This document shows, in pieces, positions 46,464 to 55,260 of a DNA stretch of 64,000 bases; positions within the stretch are counted from its first letter, which is position 1; each line of letters opens with the position of its first letter. The notes below the pieces were generated by a model. The model was not told the origin of the DNA, ran no database searches, and was given only the letters and a program-made list of their open reading frames with translations. The stretch is taken from NCBI GenBank assembly GCA_964476505.1, contig CAYZAW010000005.1, forward strand, positions 1,205-65,204, written 5' to 3'. The stretch is from an uncultured Oscillospiraceae bacterium. GTDB taxonomy: Bacteria; Bacillota; Clostridia; Christensenellales; CAG-138. The position numbers and the translations under genes were made by a program.

Positions 46464-47234
46464 TTACCCCATATAGGATTGATCCTCGGACAGCATCAGC
46501 ACAGGAACATTACCGCTGGCCGGCCTTACCACGTTTACATCCGCGCCGGGGGCGTATACGATGCAGTTTCGCTGATCCTGCTTCAGTTTTTCCATATAAG
46601 CCTGCTGCTCTTCCTCCGTCATAGGGCCGGGGCGCTGCCCCTCGGGGAATATGGTAATGAATTTCAATGCATATGCATCACAGCCAACAAAATTCCGTTC
46701 ATAGGGATCAAACAGAATAAAGTAGTCGCGGCCGATCTGGCTCATAATACCCGAGCGCGTATACATCATCTGCGTTCCAACTAAAAATTCGCAAACCACA
46801 TAACGGCCCAGAAGATTTGCCAGCCGTTCCTGCAGGGTGCGCGCCTGATTATCGATAATGTACTGCTCCATATTGCTCATGCGCCGCTGCAGCTCGTTAA
46901 CGTTTTCCGGAGAAGTGATACCGGTTCCCTCCCGCGTGAGGATGCTGGCTCCTTGCGGCATGGATGCGTCCTGCCACATGTCACCGCTCTGCTGCATGCC
47001 GCCTGTTTGCTGCATGCCACCTGTTTGCTGCATGCCGCCTGTTTGCTGCATGCCACCTGTTTGCGCCATACCACCTTGCGGTGATGAAGCATTCCATCGG
47101 GACGTTACGCCGCCGCCCTGCCGCATCGCGTTTTCCCATTGTTGCATGGAGTTATACCCCTGCGGCCAACCGTCCTCCTGCATCGTCATATTTCCCGGCT
47201 GTGGCATGCTGTCAATGTTTAAAAATTGCTCCAT
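46464..47234 (-). CDS. gerQ: GerQ-like spore coat protein (Q/G/M-rich repeat N-terminus plus a GerQ-type C-terminal domain)
   Basis: The C-terminal block LLGRYVVCEFLVGTQMMYTRSGIMSQIGRDYFILFDP...LKFITIF parallels the B. subtilis GerQ core (...F.G.I...GRDHIIISDP...YLDYITF). The N-terminus is Gln-rich, as in GerQ. It is adjacent to a cwlJ-family gene. Confidence 0.6.
   Translation of the reverse strand: MEQFLNIDSMPQPGNMTMQEDGWPQGYNSMQQWENAMRQGGGVTSRWNASSPQGGMAQTGGMQQTGGMQQTGGMQQTGGMQQSGDMWQDASMPQGASILTREGTGITSPENVNELQRRMSNMEQYIIDNQARTLQERLANLLGRYVVCEFLVGTQMMYTRSGIMSQIGRDYFILFDPYERNFVGCDAYALKFITIFPEGQRPGPMTEEEQQAYMEKLKQDQRNCIVYAPGADVNVVRPASGNVPVLMLSEDQSYMG
46991..47080 (-). repeat. Tandem 18-bp coding repeat (4 near-perfect copies plus 1 degenerate) inside gerQ-like
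   Basis: GCTGCATGCC(G/A)CCTGTTT repeats at 46991, 47009, 47027 and 47045. It encodes (TGGMQQ)n: ...GGMAQTGGMQQTGGMQQTGGMQQTGGMQQSGDM. Confidence 0.9.
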
Positions 47235-47260
47235 CTGGAACCTCCTGTCTTTTCACTACA

Positions 47261-47632
47261 TTATGTTTCCGCATAGGCGGAAGTGGGCGCATAAAAGCAA
47301 TGATCGCCTATGCGCGCAGCGGCATAGCCTACCCGGCTTGGAAAATTGGTGGGGCATTGGCTGGAATAAGGGTTAAAAAACCAAAGCGCTTCTCCGGCAT
47401 CCCGAATGCGATTCCCGGCAATGGCCCAATCCGCAATATCATAATGAATCTGCTCCGGACGCATGTTATAGATGTTTTGCCCGTTGTTGTCATCCATGGC
47501 GCATTCAAATTGATACTGCTGATAAATGATGTTGCGTATGCTGCCGCTGCCAACGCGGGCATACTCGCCTTCATTTGTATTGACGCGGTTCATCACCACT
47601 CCCGCGACAGCCTTCATCCCGTTATCCCCTTC
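47261..47632 (-). pseudogene. cwlJ: cwlJ/sleB-family cell-wall hydrolase, 3' segment (about 120 codons) of a gene split by the inserted element
   Basis: Track ORF 47261..47617 (MKAVAGVVMNRVNTNEGEY...HCFYAPT) matches the Hydrolase_2 (SleB/CwlJ) catalytic domain minus its first ~24 residues. The frame is open upstream through ...EGDNG to the junction core at 47625-47632. There is no RBS or start appropriate for a full domain. Confidence 0.85.
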
Positions 47633-47660
47633 ATGATACGCAATAAAGGCAAACTGTTGG

Positions 47661-49238
47661 TTAATACAAAATCACATCAATACTATGGTCGTTTACGATA
47701 ACGTGTTGAATGAGGGAACGGGCGATTTTCTGTTTGGTCTTCATATCAAAATCATTAAATTGCTCAATAATCGTCTCAATGCTTACCCCGCAATTCATAT
47801 TCTTCTTTCGCTCATTATCAGCGTTGTATAATGCGCCCAATTCCTTATGCTTTTGCTCTATTGAACGCGTGTATTCGTCAAGGCGTTTTCTCAATGCGCC
47901 AATACTTGAATCCAAGCCACTCTCACGAGCAATTTCAATTTCATCTAATAAGTTGGAGCAACGGTTGTCCAATCGTGCAATCTCGTTCTTTATTTCAATC
48001 GCACGCTGGTTTTCCTGCTTATCGGTACTTGTTGCTTCTATGCACCGCAGTTCATTGAGACGATACATCATCTTGTTATATACAAAGCACTCGATTTCTT
48101 CAAGCTGCCAAGCATGTTCACGTCCTGTACAAACATGTTTCTTGCGTCCATAGCAGTTTACATAATTACGACCTCGATTGTTATTAACAACCGTAAGGCC
48201 ATATCCACATTTCCCGCACCGCATAAGGCCGCTTAACCATGAATGCGTTCCGCTTCTGTCGCATTTAACTTGTTTGTTATTGTCTAATTTATACTGGCAA
48301 GCCAACCATACCTGCGAATCGACTATACCTTCGTGCGGTGCAAGCGTAACAAATGCATTTGAAATATTCGCAAATGTTTTTCCGTTCTTCTTTTTTACAT
48401 AATTGTATTCTTCCAGCTCTTTCTTGGTTCGTTCAATGTTTTTTGCATAGATGTAACAGCCGTTCGTCCCCGCATAACAGCTAATATCATCGTTCATTGT
48501 TGCACCCTTACCGTTTAAATACTGATAAACCATAGCATCTGCTTTCACATAGCAAGGATGCCGCAGCAGTCTTGCAAGGCCGGGACCGTCAAAGTTATAT
48601 CCGCGCATCGTCTTAATACCCATTTCGGTGAGTTTTACCGTCAATTTCCCCAGAGATACGTTGGTCGTGGCATATTCATGATAAATAAACTTGATAGTAT
48701 CTCGTTTTGATTCATCCACTTGATAAGCGGCGGTTTTCTTGCCATGTAGTTGAATATCAACCTTGTTATACCCAAATGGCGCATAACCGCCAAGATAGAA
48801 GCCCTTTTCCGCGCGGCTAAAAAAGTTATCTGCAACTCTCTCGGCAATCGTGTTTCTCTCCATTTGTGCAAATACCATGGCTATCATTATCATTGCCTCG
48901 CCCATTGACGTTCTGGTATCGAATTTTTCGCTACACGAAATAAACTGTACATTGTGGCTCTTCATAAGCTCCCATGTATTGCAGAAATCAAGTAGATTTC
49001 TACTTATTCGGTCAAGTCTATAGACGATAATCGTCGAAATCTGGTCATTCCTGATATCATCTAAAAGCCGTTGAAATTCTGGTCGTCCAACAGCATTCTT
49101 ACCGCTTCGGCTTTCTTGATAGACTATCACACTGTCCTGCTCGGATATCTGTTGGCGGCATAACGATATCTGGTCTTCAATAGACAAGCTATCCTTTTTT
49201 TCTATGGATTGACGCGCATAAATAGCGCATTTTTTCAT
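47661..49238 (-). CDS. Large serine recombinase (resolvase catalytic domain, recombinase domain, zinc ribbon, coiled-coil)
   Basis: ORF 47661..49283; the start MKKCAIYARQS at 49238 follows GAGGTG. It has the catalytic Ser context AIYARQSIEKKDSLSIEDQ, then VYRLDRISRN, a zinc-ribbon C..C...C pattern (LMRCGKCGYGL...CYGRKKHVCTG), and a long C-terminal helical region. No frameshift or premature stop. Confidence 0.9.
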   Translation of the reverse strand: MKKCAIYARQSIEKKDSLSIEDQISLCRQQISEQDSVIVYQESRSGKNAVGRPEFQRLLDDIRNDQISTIIVYRLDRISRNLLDFCNTWELMKSHNVQFISCSEKFDTRTSMGEAMIMIAMVFAQMERNTIAERVADNFFSRAEKGFYLGGYAPFGYNKVDIQLHGKKTAAYQVDESKRDTIKFIYHEYATTNVSLGKLTVKLTEMGIKTMRGYNFDGPGLARLLRHPCYVKADAMVYQYLNGKGATMNDDISCYAGTNGCYIYAKNIERTKKELEEYNYVKKKNGKTFANISNAFVTLAPHEGIVDSQVWLACQYKLDNNKQVKCDRSGTHSWLSGLMRCGKCGYGLTVVNNNRGRNYVNCYGRKKHVCTGREHAWQLEEIECFVYNKMMYRLNELRCIEATSTDKQENQRAIEIKNEIARLDNRCSNLLDEIEIARESGLDSSIGALRKRLDEYTRSIEQKHKELGALYNADNERKKNMNCGVSIETIIEQFNDFDMKTKQKIARSLIQHVIVNDHSIDVILY

Positions 49239-49290
49239 TGGTATATCACCTCTTAAATAACTTAATGGATGAGACGCTATCAATGAGCCT

Positions 49291-49488
49291 CTACGGTAAC
49301 CGGTCTTGACAATGCTTAATAACCGAAGTAGCTATTTGCTTATTGAGCCTTGCACGTTCATTGTCGGTCATTGCCGTCTCAAATACATTGTCGCTGACTT
49401 TTTTACATTTCACCGGCGGATAGCCTTTAATCATGATGTTATACTCATCATTTGTAGAGTCGTATGACATTACCATTTTATAACGCAC
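49291..49488 (-). CDS. Small hypothetical protein immediately upstream of the recombinase gene
   Basis: A 65-aa ORF (or 61 aa from MVMSYDS), 52 nt upstream of and co-oriented with the recombinase. No recognisable motif. Confidence 0.35.
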   Translation of the reverse strand: MRYKMVMSYDSTNDEYNIMIKGYPPVKCKKVSDNVFETAMTDNERARLNKQIATSVIKHCQDRLP

Positions 49489-49800
49489 CGCCTATCCGTT
49501 ATAAATATGGAGCCATACTTTGGCTTATTACTGCTGCAAAGTATCCTTGAAACGCATGCAGATGCAAACTGCCGGATACTGGCTGCAGTTGTGCATGCGA
49601 CGCTAAATCGACAGTCGCTTACGATATAAAGAGTACTATCTGCGAATTGAACGCAAGGGATATGATAATCAACATGATTATTACTTGATACAATACAAGG
49701 TCTACTGAACGCAATAGCAGTGAAAATATGCAAACCATAATACGCTTTCGGGTAACTAATACGTTAATTATCTGAAAGCGCTATTCGTCTACGCGAAATA

Positions 49801-51585
49801 TTGAAAATGCTTACCCTGTGTGATACAATATATGCTATATTTATGGCAATTACTCAAATTGATCATTATTCTGTTTACAGTCATATCACGAACACAAAAA
49901 CGGCGTATCCACGATGGTTAGAGAGAACGGGAGAAAACGCAGTAATGATTAAAGACTTAGAGCGCGGCAATATGTTGTTGGAAAGCATACAGACGCTGAA
50001 CGAGGCCGCTATACACTTATATGAAATGATGTTGGATGAAAGCGATGAAACGATGGAGTTTGCGCAGGAAATAAGGCAACTCATCGTTAGCATGCAAGAG
50101 TCGTTTGATGCATTGTACGCAGAGGAAAACGCCCTTATGGGGCAGCTTATTAACAAGAATGCGCTGTATTCGTTGGACAATTTAATGCGTTATGCTAAAA
50201 CCGATTCTAAGGCCGCCTGCCATAAGTTGCAGTTTGAGTTTCTTCCGCTCACCGCCGAGCTTTATGTTGATCTATATTTCTGGGGCTTCTGCTATCCGGA
50301 CAAGGATAAGATGTGGAACTATTACCGCACGGAAATGAACGAGTTGTGCCCTCTGCCAGTCCCTGAAAACGGCGAGTACAAGTATGATGTTTCTGTGGTG
50401 ATCATTGCATACAACAAGCTAGAATATACAAAAAAGTGCATCAAGTACTTTCAAGAATTCTTCCCACATGAACTGAATTATGAGTTGATACTTTACAATA
50501 ACGGCTCCAATGACGGCACAAAAGAGTTCTTTGAAACTCTTCACCCCAATAAGCAGATCGATCTGCTGCGCAACACGAAGAGCTGGTCGATATTGAGCCG
50601 TGTGGCAGAAGGGAAATACATACTTACCGTTGCAAACGACGTGTTAATACTGCCAAATGCCATCCAGAATCTTATAAAATGTATTGAAAGCGATGAGAGT
50701 ATATGCTGCGTTATGCCAGCATCGCCTAATGTTGCAAATTACGAATCCATACCTGCTTCCTATCGGGACGAAGCAGAAATGATAGAATTTGCGCAGAAAA
50801 ACAATGTGGCCGATTCTTCCCGCTGGGAACAGCGAGCGAGACTTAATCCGCCGCTTTTGTTAGCACGGAGCGATTCTTCGGCGGTGCATACACTCTGCAC
50901 ATATCATTATCCGTTCATGCCGGACAGATTTCTTGCATTTACCGACGATGCCATGAGCTTAGTTGCACGAAGAAGCAAACAAAAGTGTATTTTGGCGAAA
51001 GATGCATACATACACCATTTTGGAAGTGTAACAGTTAGCGATGTATTTTATAATGCAAGAAACGATATGTCGGAGTTTTACTCAAAAGGCCGCAATGGTT
51101 TTTTGCGTATTTTTGATATCGACCCTTGGAGTGTGGGTTTCTGCTACGACGCTGAACTGGTTTTTTCCCTAATGTACGATCTCAAACAGCCAACGAACAT
51201 ACTGGGCGTGAACTGTGGTATGGGCGATACAATGCTAAAAATCAAGGCAATGCTTGGCAGTTGCTGCCATAATACGAATGTTGGATTATATAACATAACG
51301 GACAATCTTTCTTACAAAGACGATCTAGCCGGGCTTTCTGACAATTTTGCGTTCATTGCCGAATGGGAACAGGTTGAAAATACGTTCAATGGTGTCAAAT
51401 TCTCCTATATTGTCATTGAGGATGTAACCGAAGGCGCAGCGTCAGAGAAAACGCTGAAAATGCTGTTTGCGAAGCTAATAGCAGGCGGCGTGATGGCTGT
51501 AAAACATCCAAATACAGTGTTTGTGGACGATCGGTGTAACAAAACAGACAAAACGGAGCACTGGCGGAAATTCTATAAAAGCTGA
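49801..51585 (+). CDS. Multidomain glycosyltransferase (helical N-terminal region, GT2 domain, C-terminal methyltransferase-like domain)
   Basis: GT2 signature VSVVIIAYNKLEYTKKCI...NNGSNDGT... and DD/DxD-like TVANDV. The C-terminal segment ILGVNCGMGD... resembles class I SAM-MTase motif I. The start is uncertain; ATG 49945 (MIKDLERG) is the alternative. Confidence 0.65.
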   Translation: MKMLTLCDTIYAIFMAITQIDHYSVYSHITNTKTAYPRWLERTGENAVMIKDLERGNMLLESIQTLNEAAIHLYEMMLDESDETMEFAQEIRQLIVSMQESFDALYAEENALMGQLINKNALYSLDNLMRYAKTDSKAACHKLQFEFLPLTAELYVDLYFWGFCYPDKDKMWNYYRTEMNELCPLPVPENGEYKYDVSVVIIAYNKLEYTKKCIKYFQEFFPHELNYELILYNNGSNDGTKEFFETLHPNKQIDLLRNTKSWSILSRVAEGKYILTVANDVLILPNAIQNLIKCIESDESICCVMPASPNVANYESIPASYRDEAEMIEFAQKNNVADSSRWEQRARLNPPLLLARSDSSAVHTLCTYHYPFMPDRFLAFTDDAMSLVARRSKQKCILAKDAYIHHFGSVTVSDVFYNARNDMSEFYSKGRNGFLRIFDIDPWSVGFCYDAELVFSLMYDLKQPTNILGVNCGMGDTMLKIKAMLGSCCHNTNVGLYNITDNLSYKDDLAGLSDNFAFIAEWEQVENTFNGVKFSYIVIEDVTEGAASEKTLKMLFAKLIAGGVMAVKHPNTVFVDDRCNKTDKTEHWRKFYKS

Positions 51586-51600
51586 TAAGGGGGTAGTCGC

Positions 51601-52374
51601 TTGAAGGTTGTAATTCTTGCTGGAGGCTATGGTACGCGCATCAGCGAAGAAAGTCAATTACGGCCAAAGCCTATGATCGAAGTCGGTGAACAGCCGATTC
51701 TTTGGCATATCATGAAGCTGTATTCCCATTATGGGCATAATGAATTTATTATTTGTGCCGGGTATAAACAGCACATGATCAAAGAGTATTTTGCGGATTA
51801 TTATCTACATCGTTCGGACATTACATTCGATTTTACACAGGACAATGCTATGACGATCCATAACAATGTGGCGGAGCCTTGGCGTGTTACCGTTGTGGAT
51901 ACAGGGTTGGACACCATGACGGGCGGTCGTGTGAAGCGCGTACAAAAGTATATTGGAGACGAACCATTCCTTTTAACTTATGGCGATGGCGTATCCAATG
52001 TGAATATCAATGCTTTGGTGGATTACCATAAAAAAAGCAAGAAAATTGCGACACTTACAGCCATCCAACCGGGAGGCCGCTTTGGCGTATTGGACATTGA
52101 CGCAGATAATATAATTAAAAACTTTGCAGAAAAGTCCAAGGAGGACGGCGGGTGGATCAACGGTGGATTTATGGCATTGGAGCCTTCTATATTTCGGTAT
52201 ATCGAAGGAGATACAACCATACTGGAGCGTAAGCCGCTAGAAACGCTTGCCCAAGAAAACCAACTTAACGCGTTCTTACATGATGGCTTCTGGCAATGCA
52301 TGGATACGTTACGGGATAAAGAGCTTTTAGAACGGCTTTGGAAAAGCGGCGAAGCACCGTGGAAGGCGTGGTAA
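51601..52374 (+). CDS. rfbF: Glucose-1-phosphate cytidylyltransferase
   Basis: MKVVILAGGYGTRISEES..RPKPMIEVGEQPILWHIMKLYS...FIICAGYK is near-canonical RfbF. TTG start after AAGGGGG. Confidence 0.9.
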   Translation: MKVVILAGGYGTRISEESQLRPKPMIEVGEQPILWHIMKLYSHYGHNEFIICAGYKQHMIKEYFADYYLHRSDITFDFTQDNAMTIHNNVAEPWRVTVVDTGLDTMTGGRVKRVQKYIGDEPFLLTYGDGVSNVNINALVDYHKKSKKIATLTAIQPGGRFGVLDIDADNIIKNFAEKSKEDGGWINGGFMALEPSIFRYIEGDTTILERKPLETLAQENQLNAFLHDGFWQCMDTLRDKELLERLWKSGEAPWKAW

Positions 52375-53466
52375 ATGATTGATTTAGAATTTTATAAACA
52401 TAAGCGGGTGTTTATTACCGGGCATACGGGCTTTAAAGGCGCATGGATGTGTGCGGTATTGCTGCAACTGGGAGCGGAAGTATCAGGGTACGCCTTAACA
52501 CCGCCTACCAACCCCAGCCTATACGCGTTAACGGGAATACAAAACAATATGAACTCCGTTTTAGGAGATGTGCGTGATTTCGATGCGCTGGCTGTTGCAA
52601 TGTGTGCTGCGCAGCCTGAGATCGTTATTCATATGGCGGCGCAGCCAATTGTACGGGAGGGTTATCGCGATCCCGTAGGAACATATGCAGTGAATGTAAT
52701 GGGTACCGTACATGTGTTCGAGGCGGCGCGCCGCTGCGGCACTGTTCGCCTGATTATAAATGTTACAACAGACAAGGTCTATGAGAACAATGCGGACATC
52801 ATGTATACGAACGGCTATTGTGAAACGGACCGGCTCAATGGCTATGACCCGTATTCCAATAGCAAATCATGTTCTGAACTGGTTACGGAATGCTACCGGC
52901 ACCTGTTGGTAAATAGTGATGATGGGCAAGCGAGTATCTCGGTTTCTTCCTGTCGCGCAGGAAATGTTATTGGCGGAGGGGATTTTGCGAAAGACCGGAT
53001 AATTCCGGATTGTGTACGGGCAATGAAAGAAGGTCGGCGCATCACGGTTCGCAATCCTTACTCTATTCGTCCATATCAGCATGTTCTGGAGCCGGTGTTC
53101 GCTTATTTAATCATTGCACAAAAACAGTTTGCTGATACGCGGTATGCGGGTGCATATAACATTGGCCCAAACGATTGCGATTGCATCACAACAGGCATGC
53201 TAGCGGACTTGTTTTGCGCGGCGTGGGGCTCTAACGCAGCTTGGGAGAACGTTGCTGAGAAAAACGCACCTCACGAAGCGGCATTCCTGAAGCTGGATTG
53301 CTCAAAAGCGAAAAGCATACTGGGCTGGGAGCCGGTATGGCATATAGAAACAGCAGTACAAAAAACAGTAGAGCTGGCGAAGGTATGGCTTGCAGGAGAA
53401 GACATGGCACAAGCAATGGAGGGGCAAATCCTGGAGTATATTAAGGATTGCCAATCATTGATATAA
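52375..53466 (+). CDS. rfbG: CDP-glucose 4,6-dehydratase
   Basis: FYKHKRVFITGHTGFKGAWM...GYAL.PPT.PSL N-terminus, a YSNSK catalytic motif, 363 aa. Confidence 0.9.
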   Translation: MIDLEFYKHKRVFITGHTGFKGAWMCAVLLQLGAEVSGYALTPPTNPSLYALTGIQNNMNSVLGDVRDFDALAVAMCAAQPEIVIHMAAQPIVREGYRDPVGTYAVNVMGTVHVFEAARRCGTVRLIINVTTDKVYENNADIMYTNGYCETDRLNGYDPYSNSKSCSELVTECYRHLLVNSDDGQASISVSSCRAGNVIGGGDFAKDRIIPDCVRAMKEGRRITVRNPYSIRPYQHVLEPVFAYLIIAQKQFADTRYAGAYNIGPNDCDCITTGMLADLFCAAWGSNAAWENVAEKNAPHEAAFLKLDCSKAKSILGWEPVWHIETAVQKTVELAKVWLAGEDMAQAMEGQILEYIKDCQSLI

Positions 53467-53494
53467 TTGCTGAGGCGTACTAGGGAGAAGGAAT

Positions 53495-54727
53495 ATGAAG
53501 AATATGCATTGCCGCAGCTGCGGGCAAACATTGGAGCATGTTTTTGTGGATTTGGGGATGTCTCCTCTTTCCAACTGTTACTTATCGGCGAATCAGCTTG
53601 AAAACGGGGAGAAATTTTATCCTTTAAAGGCATATGTGTGCGACAAGTGTTATTTGGTTCAGCTGGGCGAATACGAATCACCGGAGACAATTTTCAGCGA
53701 TTATGCGTATCTTGCTTCCTATTCGAACAGCTGGCTCTTGCATTGTGAGCATTATGTAAACATGATCACTCAGAAGCTAAAGCTTTCCACAGAATCCAAG
53801 GTGATCGAAATCGCCAGTAATGACGGATATTTGCTGCAATACTTTGTACAGCGTAAAATCCCCTGCCTAGGCATCGAGCCTGCGGCGAATGCAGCAGCCG
53901 TTGCAAGGGAAAAAGGGGTAGCAACCGTAACGGCTTTTTTTGGCACCGATTTAGCCAAAAAGCTAAAATCAGAAGGAGAGCAAGCTGACCTTCTTTTAGG
54001 CAACAATGTACTGGCGCACGTTCCGGCAATCAACGATTTTGTGGCGGGAATGAAGATTCTACTCAAACCATCCGGCGTAATTACAATGGAATTCCCACAT
54101 TTGCTGAATTTAATACGTTATAATCAGTTTGATACCATTTATCATGAGCATTTCTCATATCTTTCTTTTTCAACGGTATCACGGGTATTCGCCGCCAACG
54201 GACTTCGCTTGTTCGATGTTGAAAAGCTGCAAACCCACGGGGGGTCACTTCGTATCTATGCTACGCATGCGGAAAACAACGACTACCCTGAAACAGACGA
54301 GGCCAAAGCACTGTACGCGCAGGAGGAGGCGTTTGGCTTAAATGGGCTAACGGCATATCATTCCTATTTTAAAAAGGTACAAGCGACAAAACGCAGTATT
54401 TTATCCTTCTTGATTCAAGCAAAAAACGAAGGAAAACGAATTGTCGGATACGGTGCGCCCGCAAAGGGGAATACACTGCTAAACTATTGCGGCGTTCGGG
54501 ACGATTTTATCGATTTTACCGTCGACAGAAGCCCTTTGAAGTATGGAAAGTATTTACCGGGTACGCATATCGCTGTACGGCCTGTTGAAGCAATATGCCA
54601 GGAAAAACCGGACTATCTTGTGATATTGCCGTGGAACTTGAAGGATGAGATCATGGAGCAGTGCGCCTATATCCGAAATTGGGGCGGAAAATTCGTTACG
54701 TTGATACCGGAAGTGGAAGTATTATGA
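53495..54727 (+). CDS. NDP-hexose C-methyltransferase family protein (Zn-ribbon, class I MTase, C-methyltransferase C-terminal domain)
   Basis: It has an N-terminal CRSCG...CDKC zinc ribbon, FSDYAYLASYSNSW, and an IEIASNDGYLL SAM motif. The architecture resembles TylCIII-like sugar C-methyltransferases. Confidence 0.75.
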   Translation: MKNMHCRSCGQTLEHVFVDLGMSPLSNCYLSANQLENGEKFYPLKAYVCDKCYLVQLGEYESPETIFSDYAYLASYSNSWLLHCEHYVNMITQKLKLSTESKVIEIASNDGYLLQYFVQRKIPCLGIEPAANAAAVAREKGVATVTAFFGTDLAKKLKSEGEQADLLLGNNVLAHVPAINDFVAGMKILLKPSGVITMEFPHLLNLIRYNQFDTIYHEHFSYLSFSTVSRVFAANGLRLFDVEKLQTHGGSLRIYATHAENNDYPETDEAKALYAQEEAFGLNGLTAYHSYFKKVQATKRSILSFLIQAKNEGKRIVGYGAPAKGNTLLNYCGVRDDFIDFTVDRSPLKYGKYLPGTHIAVRPVEAICQEKPDYLVILPWNLKDEIMEQCAYIRNWGGKFVTLIPEVEVL

Positions 54728-55260
54728 TATTTACACCAACAAAATTTGACGGTACATTTTTACTTACGCAGCAACGTATGGAGGATGAGCGGGGGTTCTT
54801 TGCGCGTACGTTCTGCGCCGAAGAATTTCGGGAGCGAGGGCTTTACGAACACTTTGTTCAGTGCAGCATTTCTCACAACAAAGCAAAGGGAACCCTGCGC
54901 GGGATGCACTTTCAGTCACATCCCTATGAAGAAGTGAAGTTGGTTGCATGTATACGGGGCGGTATATTTGACGTGATCGTGGATCTGCGCAAGGATTCCT
55001 CTACATATTTATTATGGGAAGGCTTCGAACTCACGCCGGAAAACGGCAGAATGCTATATATTCCCCAAGGGTTTGCCCATGGGTTTCTTACGCTGTCGGA
55101 TGAAAGCGATGTATATTATCAAATGTCTGTCCCATACCATAAAGAATGTGCCACAGGGATCAGCTATCAGAACAAACGGGTCGGTATTCACTGGCCGGTA
55201 TCGGGCGAATTGGTTATATCAACGGCAGACCGCGAACGAGACAAGGAGTATTTGCCATGA
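54724..55260 (+). CDS. RmlC-like cupin NDP-4-keto-6-deoxyhexose 3,5-epimerase family protein
   Basis: ORF 54661..55260; ATG 54724 forms an ATGA overlap. The RmlC pattern ERGFFARTF...TLRGMHFQ...E.KLV.C..G.IFDV.VDLR is present. Confidence 0.85.
   Translation: MIFTPTKFDGTFLLTQQRMEDERGFFARTFCAEEFRERGLYEHFVQCSISHNKAKGTLRGMHFQSHPYEEVKLVACIRGGIFDVIVDLRKDSSTYLLWEGFELTPENGRMLYIPQGFAHGFLTLSDESDVYYQMSVPYHKECATGISYQNKRVGIHWPVSGELVISTADRERDKEYLP

Noticed and set aside
46991-47080. Possible CRISPR-like short repeats
   Set aside because: The units are directly tandem 18-mers with no spacers. They lie inside a coding frame and there are no cas genes, so this is a coding tandem repeat, not CRISPR. I saw no CRISPR array anywhere in the window.
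46964-47701. A 245-aa + strand ORF spanning gerQ-like, the cwlJ 3' segment and the element junction
   Set aside because: It is antisense to both spore genes. Its repeat-derived CRLFAA CHLFAA pattern is simply the complement of the gerQ 18-bp repeat.
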